Positions 30,349 to 40,270 of a stretch of DNA of 64,000 nucleotides are shown in pieces. This stretch comes from a virus. A program made the position numbers and the translations under genes. The notes under the pieces were generated by a model. That model worked only from the letters and a program-made list of their open reading frames with translations, did not search any database and was not told where the DNA came from. Positions within the stretch are counted from its first letter, which is position 1. Every line of letters starts with the position of its first letter. The stretch spans positions 1 through 64,000 of the IMG/VR virus record IMGVR_UViG_3300020469_000021. One strand, 5' to 3'.

Positions 30349-30495
30349 ATGAGTGATTATGATTACAGAAAAAGAGTGGAACTTGAAGATAGAATTAAGT
30401 TCCTATTAAATGAGAATAAAAAACTTCAAAACGAATTATCAATTTTAAAATCGTCAGTCAAGTGTGGCTGCGACAAAAATAAGGCAAAAAAATGA
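30349..30495 (+). CDS. 48-aa coiled-coil peptide with CGC (not in ORF track)
   Basis: GTGTA 14 nt upstream; ATGA overlap with next gene. Confidence 0.6.
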   Translation: MSDYDYRKRVELEDRIKFLLNENKKLQNELSILKSSVKCGCDKNKAKK

Positions 30496-30614
30496 AGAAA
30501 TATATCGCTATTTTATTTGGCATCTTAGTATCCGCATGCAGTTCTCCCAAAGCTGCCTGCGAATGCAGTAATGAATGCGTCGATTGTGATAACTGCAAAA
30601 ATTGCAGTTGCTAA
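30492..30614 (+). CDS. 40-aa Cys-rich lipoprotein (not in ORF track)
   Basis: MKKYIAILFGILVSA-CSSPKAACECSNECVDCDNCKNCSC. Confidence 0.7.
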   Translation: MKKYIAILFGILVSACSSPKAACECSNECVDCDNCKNCSC

Positions 30615-30629
30615 TCTTAAATAATCAAA

Positions 30630-31838
30630 ATGAAAAAGAAAACTTCCCTCCCAGACTTTAAAGTCGAAGAGGTCTTCACTTCGCTTTCTCAATCTCTTGA
30701 CTGGAGTTTGAAATATCAGAATATTCCAGACACTTGGAAAGTAACTCAAGGAGAAGGAGTAACTATTGTCGTAATAGATACAGGCATGCCTGATCACGAA
30801 GACATAGGGGACAATGCAATAGAAGGCGAAAATTTTATACAAGAAGAAGATATCTTTGATTATAACGGACACCAGACTCATTGCGTAGGAATAATCTGCG
30901 CCAAGAATAATAAAAAGGGTTATGTAGGTGTAGCGCCCAAAGCTAAATGCATATGCATAAAAGCTTTAAGCAAAAATGGTTCAGGCAGCTACCAAGGTTT
31001 AGTCAATGCGCTTGAGGCCGCAAAACAACTTAAGCCAGATATTATATCTATGTCTCTTGGTGGCTCAGCTCCAGCGCCTAGAATGGAAAAAATTATAAAA
31101 CAATTAACCGATGATATGCACATTCCTGTCGTTTGCGCTGCGGGTAATTCCGGGTTCGGTGGAGTAAATTATCCAGCTGCTTTTGAATCTACTATAGCTG
31201 TCGCAGCCTATGACAAATACGGAAGAGTATCTTCTTTTTCTTCTCGCGGTCCAGAAGTAGACTGGGCGGCGCCCGGCTCTAATATATCTAGCACTTTTTT
31301 AAATAATTCCTATGCATCGCTTAGTGGAACCTCAATGGCTTGTCCTTTTATCGCTGGAGTTATTGCCTTAATGATTTCGAAACATAGAAAACAAGAAAAA
31401 GAAACAGGTAAAAATGATTGTAAAACAGTAGCTCAAGTTAAAGAGCATTTGTTAAAATACACCAATGATAAAGGCACTATAGGCAGAGATAATGACTGGG
31501 GCTACGGAGTGATAGATGTTAAAAAAATGATCACAGAAGGAGAGCCCGAGCCAAAGCCCGAGCCAAAGCCCGAGCCAAAGCCCGAGCCAAAGCCCGAGCC
31601 AAAGCCCGAGCCAAAGCCCGAGCCAAAGCCAAAACCTTTACCTGTAAAACCTCCTCCTTCTCCACAAAAACCTTCCTTTTGGAAAAAAAATATAGCATGG
31701 GTGGTTGTAGGTATTTTTGCACTTGCTTTTATCGGTGGGATAATATATAGCTTAGTATCTGATGTTTCAGCTAAAGAATCAGATCTTAATAAAAAAATTA
31801 TAAACGATCTCCCCTTGATGGAGATTCCGAAAAAGTAA
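30630..31838 (+). CDS. S8 subtilase with PEPK linker and C-terminal TM anchor
   Basis: IDTG, GHQTHC.G, AAGN, SGTSMA. Confidence 0.93.
   Translation: MKKKTSLPDFKVEEVFTSLSQSLDWSLKYQNIPDTWKVTQGEGVTIVVIDTGMPDHEDIGDNAIEGENFIQEEDIFDYNGHQTHCVGIICAKNNKKGYVGVAPKAKCICIKALSKNGSGSYQGLVNALEAAKQLKPDIISMSLGGSAPAPRMEKIIKQLTDDMHIPVVCAAGNSGFGGVNYPAAFESTIAVAAYDKYGRVSSFSSRGPEVDWAAPGSNISSTFLNNSYASLSGTSMACPFIAGVIALMISKHRKQEKETGKNDCKTVAQVKEHLLKYTNDKGTIGRDNDWGYGVIDVKKMITEGEPEPKPEPKPEPKPEPKPEPKPEPKPEPKPKPLPVKPPPSPQKPSFWKKNIAWVVVGIFALAFIGGIIYSLVSDVSAKESDLNKKIINDLPLMEIPKK
31545..31628 (+). repeat. Perfect 12-bp tandem repeat CCCGAGCCAAAG x7
   Basis: Read directly; encodes PEPK. Confidence 0.97.
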
Positions 31839-31909
31839 TTTTAGCAAAAGTCAAATCGTTTTAGCTTATATGCTTGCGCTTGGCTTAATTTTAGGAGGAG
31901 AACTATAAA

Positions 31910-32029
31910 ATGAAAAAATTTTTAAAAGATTTGCTGGCTCCTTTGGCGTGCTTTTTGGGCATTCTATTGGGATATATATTGATAATGATAGGCTTACTAA
32001 TGACGATTAAAACACTTTCAGAACTCTAA
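31910..32029 (+). CDS. 39-aa hydrophobic peptide (not in ORF track)
   Basis: AGGAGG upstream; single TM segment. Confidence 0.5.
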   Translation: MKKFLKDLLAPLACFLGILLGYILIMIGLLMTIKTLSEL

Positions 32030-32048
32030 TACTTGTGTAATTATATTT

Positions 32049-32453
32049 GTGAGTGATAAAAAATTAAAACACAAACATTTATTAGTGAACGCTACTTTTC
32101 AAAACACGCCTTTTGTCTGTGTCGATTTTACTGAATCTTGGATCAAAATGCTGGTTAAAAAGATAGGCATGGAAATACTTTATGCGCCAAAAGCGGTAAT
32201 CTGCGATAAAGAATACAACGAAGGCATAAGTGCATTTTGCCTTATTACAACTAGTCATATAAGTTTACATTCTTGGGAAAAATCTAATCCAAATTTAGTC
32301 CAACTTGATGTTTATAGTTGTAAAAATTTCGATCAAAGCGTCATTTTAAATGAATTGAATAAATTTAATCCTTTATTTTTGGGTTGTAAATTTCTTGACA
32401 GAGAAATAGAAAATACAAAAGGCTGGAGAATGTTTGGCGAAGATTTGGCATGA
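32049..32453 (+). CDS. Second SpeD-family pyruvoyl decarboxylase (TSH variant)
   Basis: HKHLL, GIS..ITTSHISLHSW, QLDVYSCK. Confidence 0.8.
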   Translation: MSDKKLKHKHLLVNATFQNTPFVCVDFTESWIKMLVKKIGMEILYAPKAVICDKEYNEGISAFCLITTSHISLHSWEKSNPNLVQLDVYSCKNFDQSVILNELNKFNPLFLGCKFLDREIENTKGWRMFGEDLA

Positions 32454-33232
32454 GAATATATTTCAGACATTATTCTGGGGCAATCATGGAATACGATTAT
32501 CTTTTTTTTGACTGCATGGCTCGCGTTCCTGCGGAAGATGAGGATAAAGCATTAGTTGAAGGCTGGTTACCAGATGACTATTTTAACCCTAAAAATGATG
32601 AAAAATCCCATTGGTATCAAGCTAGACAAACAAGAATATGCTTAAGTAAATTTCTAGATAGCAAAAGCAATAAAAAGACAAGAAAAAAATGCAAAAACAT
32701 ATCAACTAAAGTCATTAGGGCGCAAGATGTGAATATGGATATCTTGAATTCTATTTTTGAGAAATATATAAAATATAGAAATTTTAAACCTTGGAAGCTT
32801 GAACCCCTAATTGAGCTAGAAGTAGATCGTAAATTTTTTATAATATACTACGCTAACTCATCGGAAGGTGGTCTGCATAACCCAATAGCATTTACATATA
32901 TGAGAGACGTAGGAAGTAATAGCGTATTTTCCACACAATTTGCTTGGGATTACGCAAACCCCAAATTATACCTTGGCAAATATGCGAACCTAGCAGAAAT
33001 AGACTACTGCATTAAAAACAATAAAGAATACATGTATGTAGGCGCAGGATACGAAAATTGTTGTGCATATAAAGCAGATTACGCGGGCTTTGAGTTCTGG
33101 ACAGGAGAAAAGTGGTCAGATGATTCGGATCACTACCGCTGGCTATGCGAACGCGACTCGAAGGTCGAAAAAACTAAAGATTTAGATAAAATAAAGAAGT
33201 ACGATGATAAAAATTTTTTTATAAATGATTGA
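32450..33232 (+). CDS. ATE1/Bpt-like aminoacyl-tRNA-protein transferase
   Basis: LVEGW, RICLSKF..SKSNKK, LGKYANLAEIDYC..KEYMYVG..YK. Confidence 0.65.
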   Translation: MRIYFRHYSGAIMEYDYLFFDCMARVPAEDEDKALVEGWLPDDYFNPKNDEKSHWYQARQTRICLSKFLDSKSNKKTRKKCKNISTKVIRAQDVNMDILNSIFEKYIKYRNFKPWKLEPLIELEVDRKFFIIYYANSSEGGLHNPIAFTYMRDVGSNSVFSTQFAWDYANPKLYLGKYANLAEIDYCIKNNKEYMYVGAGYENCCAYKADYAGFEFWTGEKWSDDSDHYRWLCERDSKVEKTKDLDKIKKYDDKNFFIND

Positions 33233-33677
33233 GGATTACATAGAATATGTTTCACTAAAGAGAAAAGAGCTTGGCGGCCATGCAATTTGCCCTTTTGCAA
33301 AACCTTTTCTTGATAAAATTCAAATAATAGAATCGGCTGACATTTGGCAAGATGCGGTAAAGTGCATGAGCAATGAAGAACATCCAATGCTTTATTTATT
33401 GTATGCAGATAAAGATAAATATGATACAGATTGGCTAGATTGGTTTTGTTCCATTCATGAGAAATATTCTAGGAATAGAGATCTTTGGTTAATTTGGGAT
33501 CACCCCGACCAAATTAATAAAATTAATGGTATAAAAACCAGCAACAATGAATATGCAATTCTTTTCATACAACCTCTGTCGGAATTGAACAAATACGCAG
33601 ATCGATTAAGCAAGACAAATTACTATAGTTTTTGGGATAAAGACTATTACTTAAAAATTGTTAAAAATAGAAATTAA
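33225..33677 (+). CDS. DUF1415-like protein
   Basis: ICPFA, DHPD motifs. Confidence 0.5.
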   Translation: MIEDYIEYVSLKRKELGGHAICPFAKPFLDKIQIIESADIWQDAVKCMSNEEHPMLYLLYADKDKYDTDWLDWFCSIHEKYSRNRDLWLIWDHPDQINKINGIKTSNNEYAILFIQPLSELNKYADRLSKTNYYSFWDKDYYLKIVKNRN

Positions 33678-33717
33678 ATACTTTAATTTTTTATAAGTTT
33701 GTGTATAATAAATTGAT

Positions 33718-34386
33718 ATGAAAGAACTAGACTTTAGTCAAGAAATTAGGGCTCAGCTCAGAGATGCTGAAGGCACTGAAGAAGAATTAACGCAAGAAGC
33801 TTGGGCTGCCGAAGAAAATAAAGGCAAAAAACTTAACAAACCTTTTAGAACTCCCAAAGGCCCAAAGAAATTTTCTGTATATGTCAAAAATGAAAAAGGC
33901 AACGTAGTTAAAGTTAATTTTGGCGATCCAAACATGGAGATAAAACGTGATAGCCCTGAGCGCAGAAAAAGCTTCCGAGCTAGGCATAATTGTGACAATC
34001 CCGGCCCCAAAACTAAAGCTCGTTATTGGAGCTGTAAAATGTGGAGCAAAAATAGTGTAAAGAAAGTAACAAAAGGAGAAGAAGATCACGAAGATGAAAT
34101 GGTTGAATTTCTTGATGAGTCAGATGCTAAAGGCAAAGGCTTGTGGCATAACATTCGAGAAAAAAAGAAAAGGGAAGGCAAGAATTACAGACCTGCAAAA
34201 CCCGGAGACAAAGATTATCCAGATCCCAAATCTTTAAAAAAAGCTCAAGAATCCTCAAAGAAAAAGAAAAAGAAAGAGAAGTCTAAGGCTGAACACGAGG
34301 GAGGTTACCCACCTAATTGCAAACCGGGTTATATGGAAAAAGATGGGCAGTGCGTCCCTAAACCTTCTGCAGATAGCAAAAAGTAA
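33718..34386 (+). CDS. Modular basic phage protein (FRARHxC..ARYWSC domain plus GLWxNI module)
   Basis: VKVNFGD..ERRKSFRARHNCD..ARYWSCKMW; GTGTA upstream. Confidence 0.7.
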   Translation: MKELDFSQEIRAQLRDAEGTEEELTQEAWAAEENKGKKLNKPFRTPKGPKKFSVYVKNEKGNVVKVNFGDPNMEIKRDSPERRKSFRARHNCDNPGPKTKARYWSCKMWSKNSVKKVTKGEEDHEDEMVEFLDESDAKGKGLWHNIREKKKREGKNYRPAKPGDKDYPDPKSLKKAQESSKKKKKKEKSKAEHEGGYPPNCKPGYMEKDGQCVPKPSADSKK

Positions 34387-34392
34387 ACTTTT

Positions 34393-34758
34393 GTGCAGAA
34401 AAAAAACACTATTTTTTGCGATATTGACGGCACTCTATTTAAGTATAGAAAATTTGAGACTTATTTAAGTTCCAAACCACAGCTTTTATTTGGGGTCAAA
34501 AAAAAATTAGATTATTGGCGCGAGTGCGGACATATGATTATATTAACTACCGCTCGTCCAGAATATTTGAGAGATCACACAATTCAAGAGCTTGCTGAAC
34601 ACAATCTTCCTTATGATAGGCTTATAATGGAAATTGAAAGAGGCCCAAGATTTTTAATCAATGATATGGATCCTGCAAAGCCCGGAGCTAGGGCAATAGG
34701 AATAGATCTTCAAAGAGATGAGGGTTTGGGTTCAATTCAGTGGCCTAAAGGTATGTAA
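34393..34758 (+). CDS. HAD-superfamily phosphatase
   Basis: FCDIDGTL, LTTAR, IND. Confidence 0.8.
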   Translation: MQKKNTIFCDIDGTLFKYRKFETYLSSKPQLLFGVKKKLDYWRECGHMIILTTARPEYLRDHTIQELAEHNLPYDRLIMEIERGPRFLINDMDPAKPGARAIGIDLQRDEGLGSIQWPKGM

Positions 34759-34837
34759 TCTCTTAAATTACTTTTTTGTGTAAATATCTCCGATTATATT
34801 TTATAATAAATTATATTAACATTTAATTAAATTTAAA

Positions 34838-35630
34838 ATGACAGACAAATCTAAATCTAAAACAAAAACAGAAGCTCCCGCAGAGGAAGTGAAAGTTACT
34901 TCTCCAGAAGCTGGAGTCCAAAAGCCTGTTTCTACGCCTGCAAAAGGGCAAAGACTTAAAGGTCGCTGGGTTTAAGAACACAATATATTATCCTTGACTT
35001 TTTTCTTGGATTGTGTTAATATAGTTTATATGACTATAGCTGTTTCTGTTTGTGAAGAATTCTCTAGCGACATTTGTGTGTCGACTATTATGTATCAAGC
35101 CGAAAGCGACGCTCAAACTCAATGCGAAGAGATTAAATGTAAGCTAGGCATCAGCTATTTGACTGCGTTAATAGAAAGAATGGCTCAAATTGGCTATTGC
35201 TGCACTCAGGTTCAAAAAGATTTGCGGCTTGATAGTTGCACAGTTTGGTTCGAACCGATTAGTATAAAATGAAATCAAAACCTAAACAAAAAAAATCAGA
35301 GAAACAAATTGTTAGAGATTTTAACAGTAAATATAATACTCAGGCAGGAAAAGGAGACCAACCTCGAAACATTTTTTCGGAGCAGTACAGGGAAAATTTT
35401 GATTCAATCTTTTGCAAAAATTCAAAAACCAAAAAAAATATTCGACATAGGAATAAGTTATAGTGGACGATAGACAAAAGAAATATGCCCTAACAGAATC
35501 GGGAAAAAAAGCTCTTACGCGCGCGCGTAAGAAATATGATGAAGAAAATTTAGAAAAACGGAGGCAGCAAAAACGAGACTATATGCGAAAAAAAAGACTT
35601 GAAAATCCAAGTTATTGTAAGTGGAAATAA
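34838..35630 (+). other. Four small ORFs (34838-34975, 35030-35272, 35269-35463, 35463-35630)
   Basis: First and last read by eye; TTGACT(34994)-17-TAATAT precedes ATG 35030. Confidence 0.55.
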
Positions 35631-35636
35631 ACATTA

Positions 35637-36557
35637 ATGAAGTTTTTTATTTACAAGGAAAATTTAAATTTCTGCGCAGAAAATGCCGCCCAAAAATATG
35701 CAAAAGAGATTATTGAAGCTTTAAAAAACACGACCCACGAAGAAACTTTAGACCCACTAGAAGCAAAAGTTTTTTTTACAAATATTTCTAACGAAAGAAA
35801 TTATGAAAAATTTACCTCTTCAGGTTTTGGAGAATTAAAGCCGATCAATTATTTAAAAATTTGCCAAAAAGTTGTTTCATCAAAATATTTAGAACTTGGC
35901 CCGCATTTCACTTTTTTTCATCGGCTAGATAACAAAGATTATTACCCCGTATTAAACCACAAAAATGTAGTCAATATCCCTTATCATAATCCAAATTTTC
36001 AGCCTCTTAAGGATTTTATCATATCTCCCCCTGCGATAAAAAAAGTTTCTTTTAATGATAGTCTACTAAAGCGTTTTCTGCTTTCTTTTAAAGGCCACTG
36101 GGGAATAAGAAGTATTAAAGGGCGAGATCACAGGTGGGGCTGTCTAGATAAAATCTCTAAGTTAAATAACGATCACATTATAATTATAGATAGCAAAGAT
36201 GACCGACATAATTATATTGATTTAATGAGTAATTCTCTCTTTTCTTTAATTACCGAGGGAGATGAACCTTGGTCCTACAGATTAAGCGAAGCTATATGTG
36301 CTGGATCAATTCCTGTGTTATTGGAAAAAGATTGGCACAACCTTCCATATAGTAACATCATAAATTATGATAATTTTATTATAAAAATAAATTATTTAAA
36401 TCCAGAAATGGTATACAGTGCAATTATGAACTGTTCTCTGGAAGAGATATCTACAAAAATTAAATACATGAAATCGATTAGACATTTATTTTCGTCAAGA
36501 AGAGATCAAATGCAATTGCTCTTAGATTTTTATGAAAAATATCAAGATAATGCTTGA
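35637..36557 (+). CDS. Exostosin (GT47)-like glycosyltransferase
   Basis: LLSFKG, YIDLMSNSLFSL..GD..WSYRLSEAICAGSIPV. Confidence 0.8.
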   Translation: MKFFIYKENLNFCAENAAQKYAKEIIEALKNTTHEETLDPLEAKVFFTNISNERNYEKFTSSGFGELKPINYLKICQKVVSSKYLELGPHFTFFHRLDNKDYYPVLNHKNVVNIPYHNPNFQPLKDFIISPPAIKKVSFNDSLLKRFLLSFKGHWGIRSIKGRDHRWGCLDKISKLNNDHIIIIDSKDDRHNYIDLMSNSLFSLITEGDEPWSYRLSEAICAGSIPVLLEKDWHNLPYSNIINYDNFIIKINYLNPEMVYSAIMNCSLEEISTKIKYMKSIRHLFSSRRDQMQLLLDFYEKYQDNA

Positions 36558-36599
36558 CAGAAGATTGTTTTTTTGTTAATCTTTTACTAAATAGTAAAA

Positions 36600-37424
36600 A
36601 TGATATTAGTAACTGGCCATAAAGGATATATAGGGAGTCACCTATACAAAAAAGTTAAAATGCTAGGTAAACCTGTAGTAGGAATTGACTTAAAAGATGG
36701 AGAAGATTTGAATGAACGATTGCCTGATGGCGATTTTGATTTTGTATTTCATTTTGCGGCGCTTCCTAGAGTTGAAATGTCTGTGGAATCACCGAGCTAT
36801 ACTTTAAAGCAAAATGTTCTATCTACTTCTAGACTTCTAGAGTGGAGTAAAGACCATGGGGTAAAAAGGTTTATTTTTTCTTCTTCTTCTGCAATCATGG
36901 GGCATGGAGACGGAGTTCCCTTATCTCCCTACGGACTACATAAACGAATGTCAGAGATGGAGTGTGAGCTTTATTCTCGCATATATGATCTTGACACAGT
37001 TTGCTTGAGATATTTTAACGCGTATTCTGAAGATCAGCCATATGGAGGAGCTTATACTACTGCAATTGCAGCTTGGATGGAAAAAATAAGGAGTTGTGAT
37101 CAATTAAGAATGGACGGAGACGGAGAACAGACCAGAGACTTAGTTCATGTTGAGGATATTGTATCTGCTAATATTTTTGTGATGAACAGTGAGCAAAAAT
37201 TTAATGGAAAATATTTCAATGTCGGATCTGGAGAAGCTGTATCAATGAACTATATCAAAAACTATATTGACGAGTACAATAAAGGCGTTTCTTGGAAATA
37301 TGCTTTAGCGAGAAAAGGTGATGCGAGAAATACTCTTGCAGACATATCAGAACTAAAAGCTTTAGGATGGGAACCAAAGGTAAGTATTGAAGAAGGGTTA
37401 AAGAGGTGTTTTAATGCGAGTTAG
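36600..37424 (+). CDS. NAD-dependent sugar epimerase/dehydratase
   Basis: TGHKGYIG, SSS, YGLHK, LRYFN, RDLVHVED. Confidence 0.92.
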   Translation: MILVTGHKGYIGSHLYKKVKMLGKPVVGIDLKDGEDLNERLPDGDFDFVFHFAALPRVEMSVESPSYTLKQNVLSTSRLLEWSKDHGVKRFIFSSSSAIMGHGDGVPLSPYGLHKRMSEMECELYSRIYDLDTVCLRYFNAYSEDQPYGGAYTTAIAAWMEKIRSCDQLRMDGDGEQTRDLVHVEDIVSANIFVMNSEQKFNGKYFNVGSGEAVSMNYIKNYIDEYNKGVSWKYALARKGDARNTLADISELKALGWEPKVSIEEGLKRCFNAS

Positions 37425-37899
37425 ACAGCGTAGAGAGCCTACCCCATGCGAGCAGTACTCAGTTAATATTAACAAAGAAGATTTGATTAATATCTATGTT
37501 AAAGAATGGGTATTGAAATGGTGCAAGAAATATCACCCAGAAGCTTTTGATGAAGCAGAAAAATTTGTCAAAAATAATCTTGACAATTAAATTTTTTTGT
37601 GCTAATATTTAAGAATAGTGAAAATTAAAAGATCTTTAAAATACGCAAAATTTGAATGGGATGATGAAAATAAAACATTCACCATCACCCAAGCAGACGG
37701 CAGTAAAGTTTGCTTAAATAAAGTTTACGCTTTTTCTTTCATGCGCTTTGTTACAAGTATGGCGCAGAGGAATTGGTTTCGCAAGACAGAAAAAACCCAA
37801 ATAAAACAAAATCATTTAAATAGCTTAGCCGAAAGCGGTCAATTCGTTTTTGATGAAGCTTTAAACGTTAATCAAATATTAGAAAACAATGAAGGCTAA
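37414..37899 (+). other. Two small hypothetical ORFs (37414-37590, 37618-37899)
   Basis: Second follows TTGACA(37580)-17-TAATAT. Confidence 0.55.
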
Positions 37900-39025
37900 A
37901 GTTAAAACCACCAATAAAATTAATTCAAATTCAAAAATGATTACAGAAGCCGCAAGAAAACAATCTTCACCATATTTTGAAATGGTAGACGGCAATCTTA
38001 AGCCTGTTCACCGCTTTATATCTTCTTATTATGACCCAGTGCCTGTCTATGTTAATATTAATGGCGAAGAAGCGAAGCATATTTTAGAATATTTCAATGG
38101 TTCCAACCGAATCCTTAGAAAAGCTTTTATAGAAGGACATGCTAGGGCAATGGAGAGAGGGGAATGGAAGTCTGGAAACGATTGTTTAATGTTTACTGAA
38201 GACGGAACTCGTATTAATGGGGAGCACAGACTTACAGCGCTCGTTTTATATGCAGAACGAATGAACCCTAATAATCTTGCTGAAACTTCAGTCCCCTTTC
38301 TTGTTTTGACAGGTCAACCGCCAGAAATGGCAGATATCGTAGATGGTGGGGCGTCAAGATCCCTAGTAGACACCGCAGTTATTAATGGGACTATCAAGAA
38401 AGGGGATACAGTCAGCGCAAAAGCGCTTAAACTTATATATAATTCATTTATAAAAACTAATAGTGGAGAAGGCTTCAATAAGGGCTTATGCACCAAAAAA
38501 GAAGCCCAAGAAATTATGGAAAGAGATTTTCCGTCAGAGCCAAGTAAAACTTATGGTCAAGTAGCGAGAGAAGCGGTTGATATCATAAACCATCAAGACA
38601 AAACGAGACCTCTTTTTGATGGACATCATGTGGCTCTTTTCCAATATATGGAATACTATCCCGAGCAAGCGAAAACTCTCTGGCAAATGCTTACTTCGGA
38701 CGCTGACGGTCTTATCGATCTTCAAAAAGAAGGGGTCAATATTGCAATGCAAGGAGAAGATTGCCCAGATGAAAATGTTGTAGTAGGTAAATTTCGAGAA
38801 GTGTCAAGAGTAAGATATTCTGATAAAATCAAGAGAAAACGAGGGTCAAAATCTCACGGTGGCGGAGCTTTTAGCGGGTTTTATCGAGAAATGTTGTTTG
38901 TTATACAGTGCTATCACAATAAAACTCGAGTATCGCGCCTTAGAGAAAGGTGCTTAGTCACAGAGCAAGAATACAAAGAAAGAGGAAAGGCTAAGACAAA
39001 CTTTCATTGGGGGCTTTTGAAATAA
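37889..39025 (+). CDS. ParB/DGQHR-like domain protein
   Basis: NR.L..AM..GEW, G..INGEHRLTA, D.G..RS..D. Confidence 0.65.
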   Translation: MKAKVKTTNKINSNSKMITEAARKQSSPYFEMVDGNLKPVHRFISSYYDPVPVYVNINGEEAKHILEYFNGSNRILRKAFIEGHARAMERGEWKSGNDCLMFTEDGTRINGEHRLTALVLYAERMNPNNLAETSVPFLVLTGQPPEMADIVDGGASRSLVDTAVINGTIKKGDTVSAKALKLIYNSFIKTNSGEGFNKGLCTKKEAQEIMERDFPSEPSKTYGQVAREAVDIINHQDKTRPLFDGHHVALFQYMEYYPEQAKTLWQMLTSDADGLIDLQKEGVNIAMQGEDCPDENVVVGKFREVSRVRYSDKIKRKRGSKSHGGGAFSGFYREMLFVIQCYHNKTRVSRLRERCLVTEQEYKERGKAKTNFHWGLLK

Positions 39026-39029
39026 TTTT

Positions 39030-39736
39030 ATGAAAAGCATTAAAGCATCATTCGTTACAGGTTCTAGAGAAAAACTAATTGGTCAAACAGAAGAATTTAT
39101 TTCTACCCCAACTAGCCAATCCAAATTAGCATTAAATAGCGAAGACATCGTTTTTGCGACAGATTTTTTAGAATTTTTTTACAAGGACAGTGATTCTCCT
39201 GTAGAAGAAGGCGATCCCATAGGTTTTGAAATGGATATTGGTAAAGAGGTAGAACTAGTTCTTTTTGACAATATCTACTGGAATCCTCAATATGATGAAT
39301 ACGAGGTTTGAAATTCACTTAAATGGGATTTACTTTAGTTACCGCAGAGAGCCAAGAAGAGTTTAATATAAACTTTTTTGAGTGGAGGCCTTTACTCTTA
39401 TTAGGAGAAGCTTATGGATGGAATCCTGCTGGGACTCTTATGGATGTAGATGAATCTTGGGATGGCTCTTATCTTAGCAATGATGGCCAAAAAATAACTG
39501 AAGAAGATTCTGAAAAACTAGCAAAGGCCATCGAAGTTGCCTATGAAGACGTTCCTGCCGAACAAATTACAGATTTTTTTAAACATTTCGGAGAAACTGA
39601 TGACGGCTATGAAGATTACTACGATGCGCTTCATAATAAAGACCACAATACATTAATGATGCACTTTAGCGGTAATAAAACTTTTTTGTCAAAATTTATA
39701 ATTTTCCTAAAAAAAGGAGAAATTTTCATTCATTAA
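39030..39736 (+). other. Two acidic hypothetical ORFs (39030-39311, 39323-39736)
   Basis: ORF track. Confidence 0.6.
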
Positions 39737-39739
39737 TTT

Positions 39740-40270
39740 ATGACGAAATTAGCTGAAAATTGCTATTTCAAAAATATGTCTGATAATCAGGCTAAGATAA
39801 AAAATTTTGTATCCTCAATACATTATTACTCTGATGAAGTTGGTGATATCCTACAAGAGACTAACCTTACTCTTCTCAAAAAACGTGACGATTTTGATAG
39901 TTCGAGAGACTTTTTGCCTTGGGCTTTTTCTATAGCTCGCTTTACGCTCATGGCTTTTAAAAAAAAGAGAGCTAGGCATTTAAGTAAAGTTTCTTACGGA
40001 GCAGAATCTCTTTATGAATTTCTCGTAGATGAAAATGTCGGAGATAAAGTTTTGCACGAAATAGAACAGGAAAGAATCTATTTAATACAAATAATCAGAT
40101 CCAAACTTGGCTCAAAATATTTAATCTTTTTCGATAAAATGCTTGATGGTAAAAGCCCCAAACAAATGTCAAAAGAAACCGGCTATTCGATGCGGGATAT
40201 ATATAGTTATAGGCGCAGGACTGTTAATAAAGCTAAAAAAATTCTGAGTAAATACAATGAATCCAAATAA
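39740..40270 (+). CDS. ECF-type sigma70 factor, Rhodopirellula/Verrucomicrobium-like
   Basis: [18 protein letters not shown]...[11 protein letters not shown]; region-4 [17 protein letters not shown]. Confidence 0.75.
   Translation: MTKLAENCYFKNMSDNQAKIKNFVSSIHYYSDEVGDILQETNLTLLKKRDDFDSSRDFLPWAFSIARFTLMAFKKKRARHLSKVSYGAESLYEFLVDENVGDKVLHEIEQERIYLIQIIRSKLGSKYLIFFDKMLDGKSPKQMSKETGYSMRDIYSYRRRTVNKAKKILSKYNESK

Noticed and set aside
31827-31908. +1 frame hydrophobic extension of the subtilase at CCG AAA AAG TAA
   Set aside because: No supporting frameshift signal; could be chance or a homopolymer error and cannot be resolved without reads.
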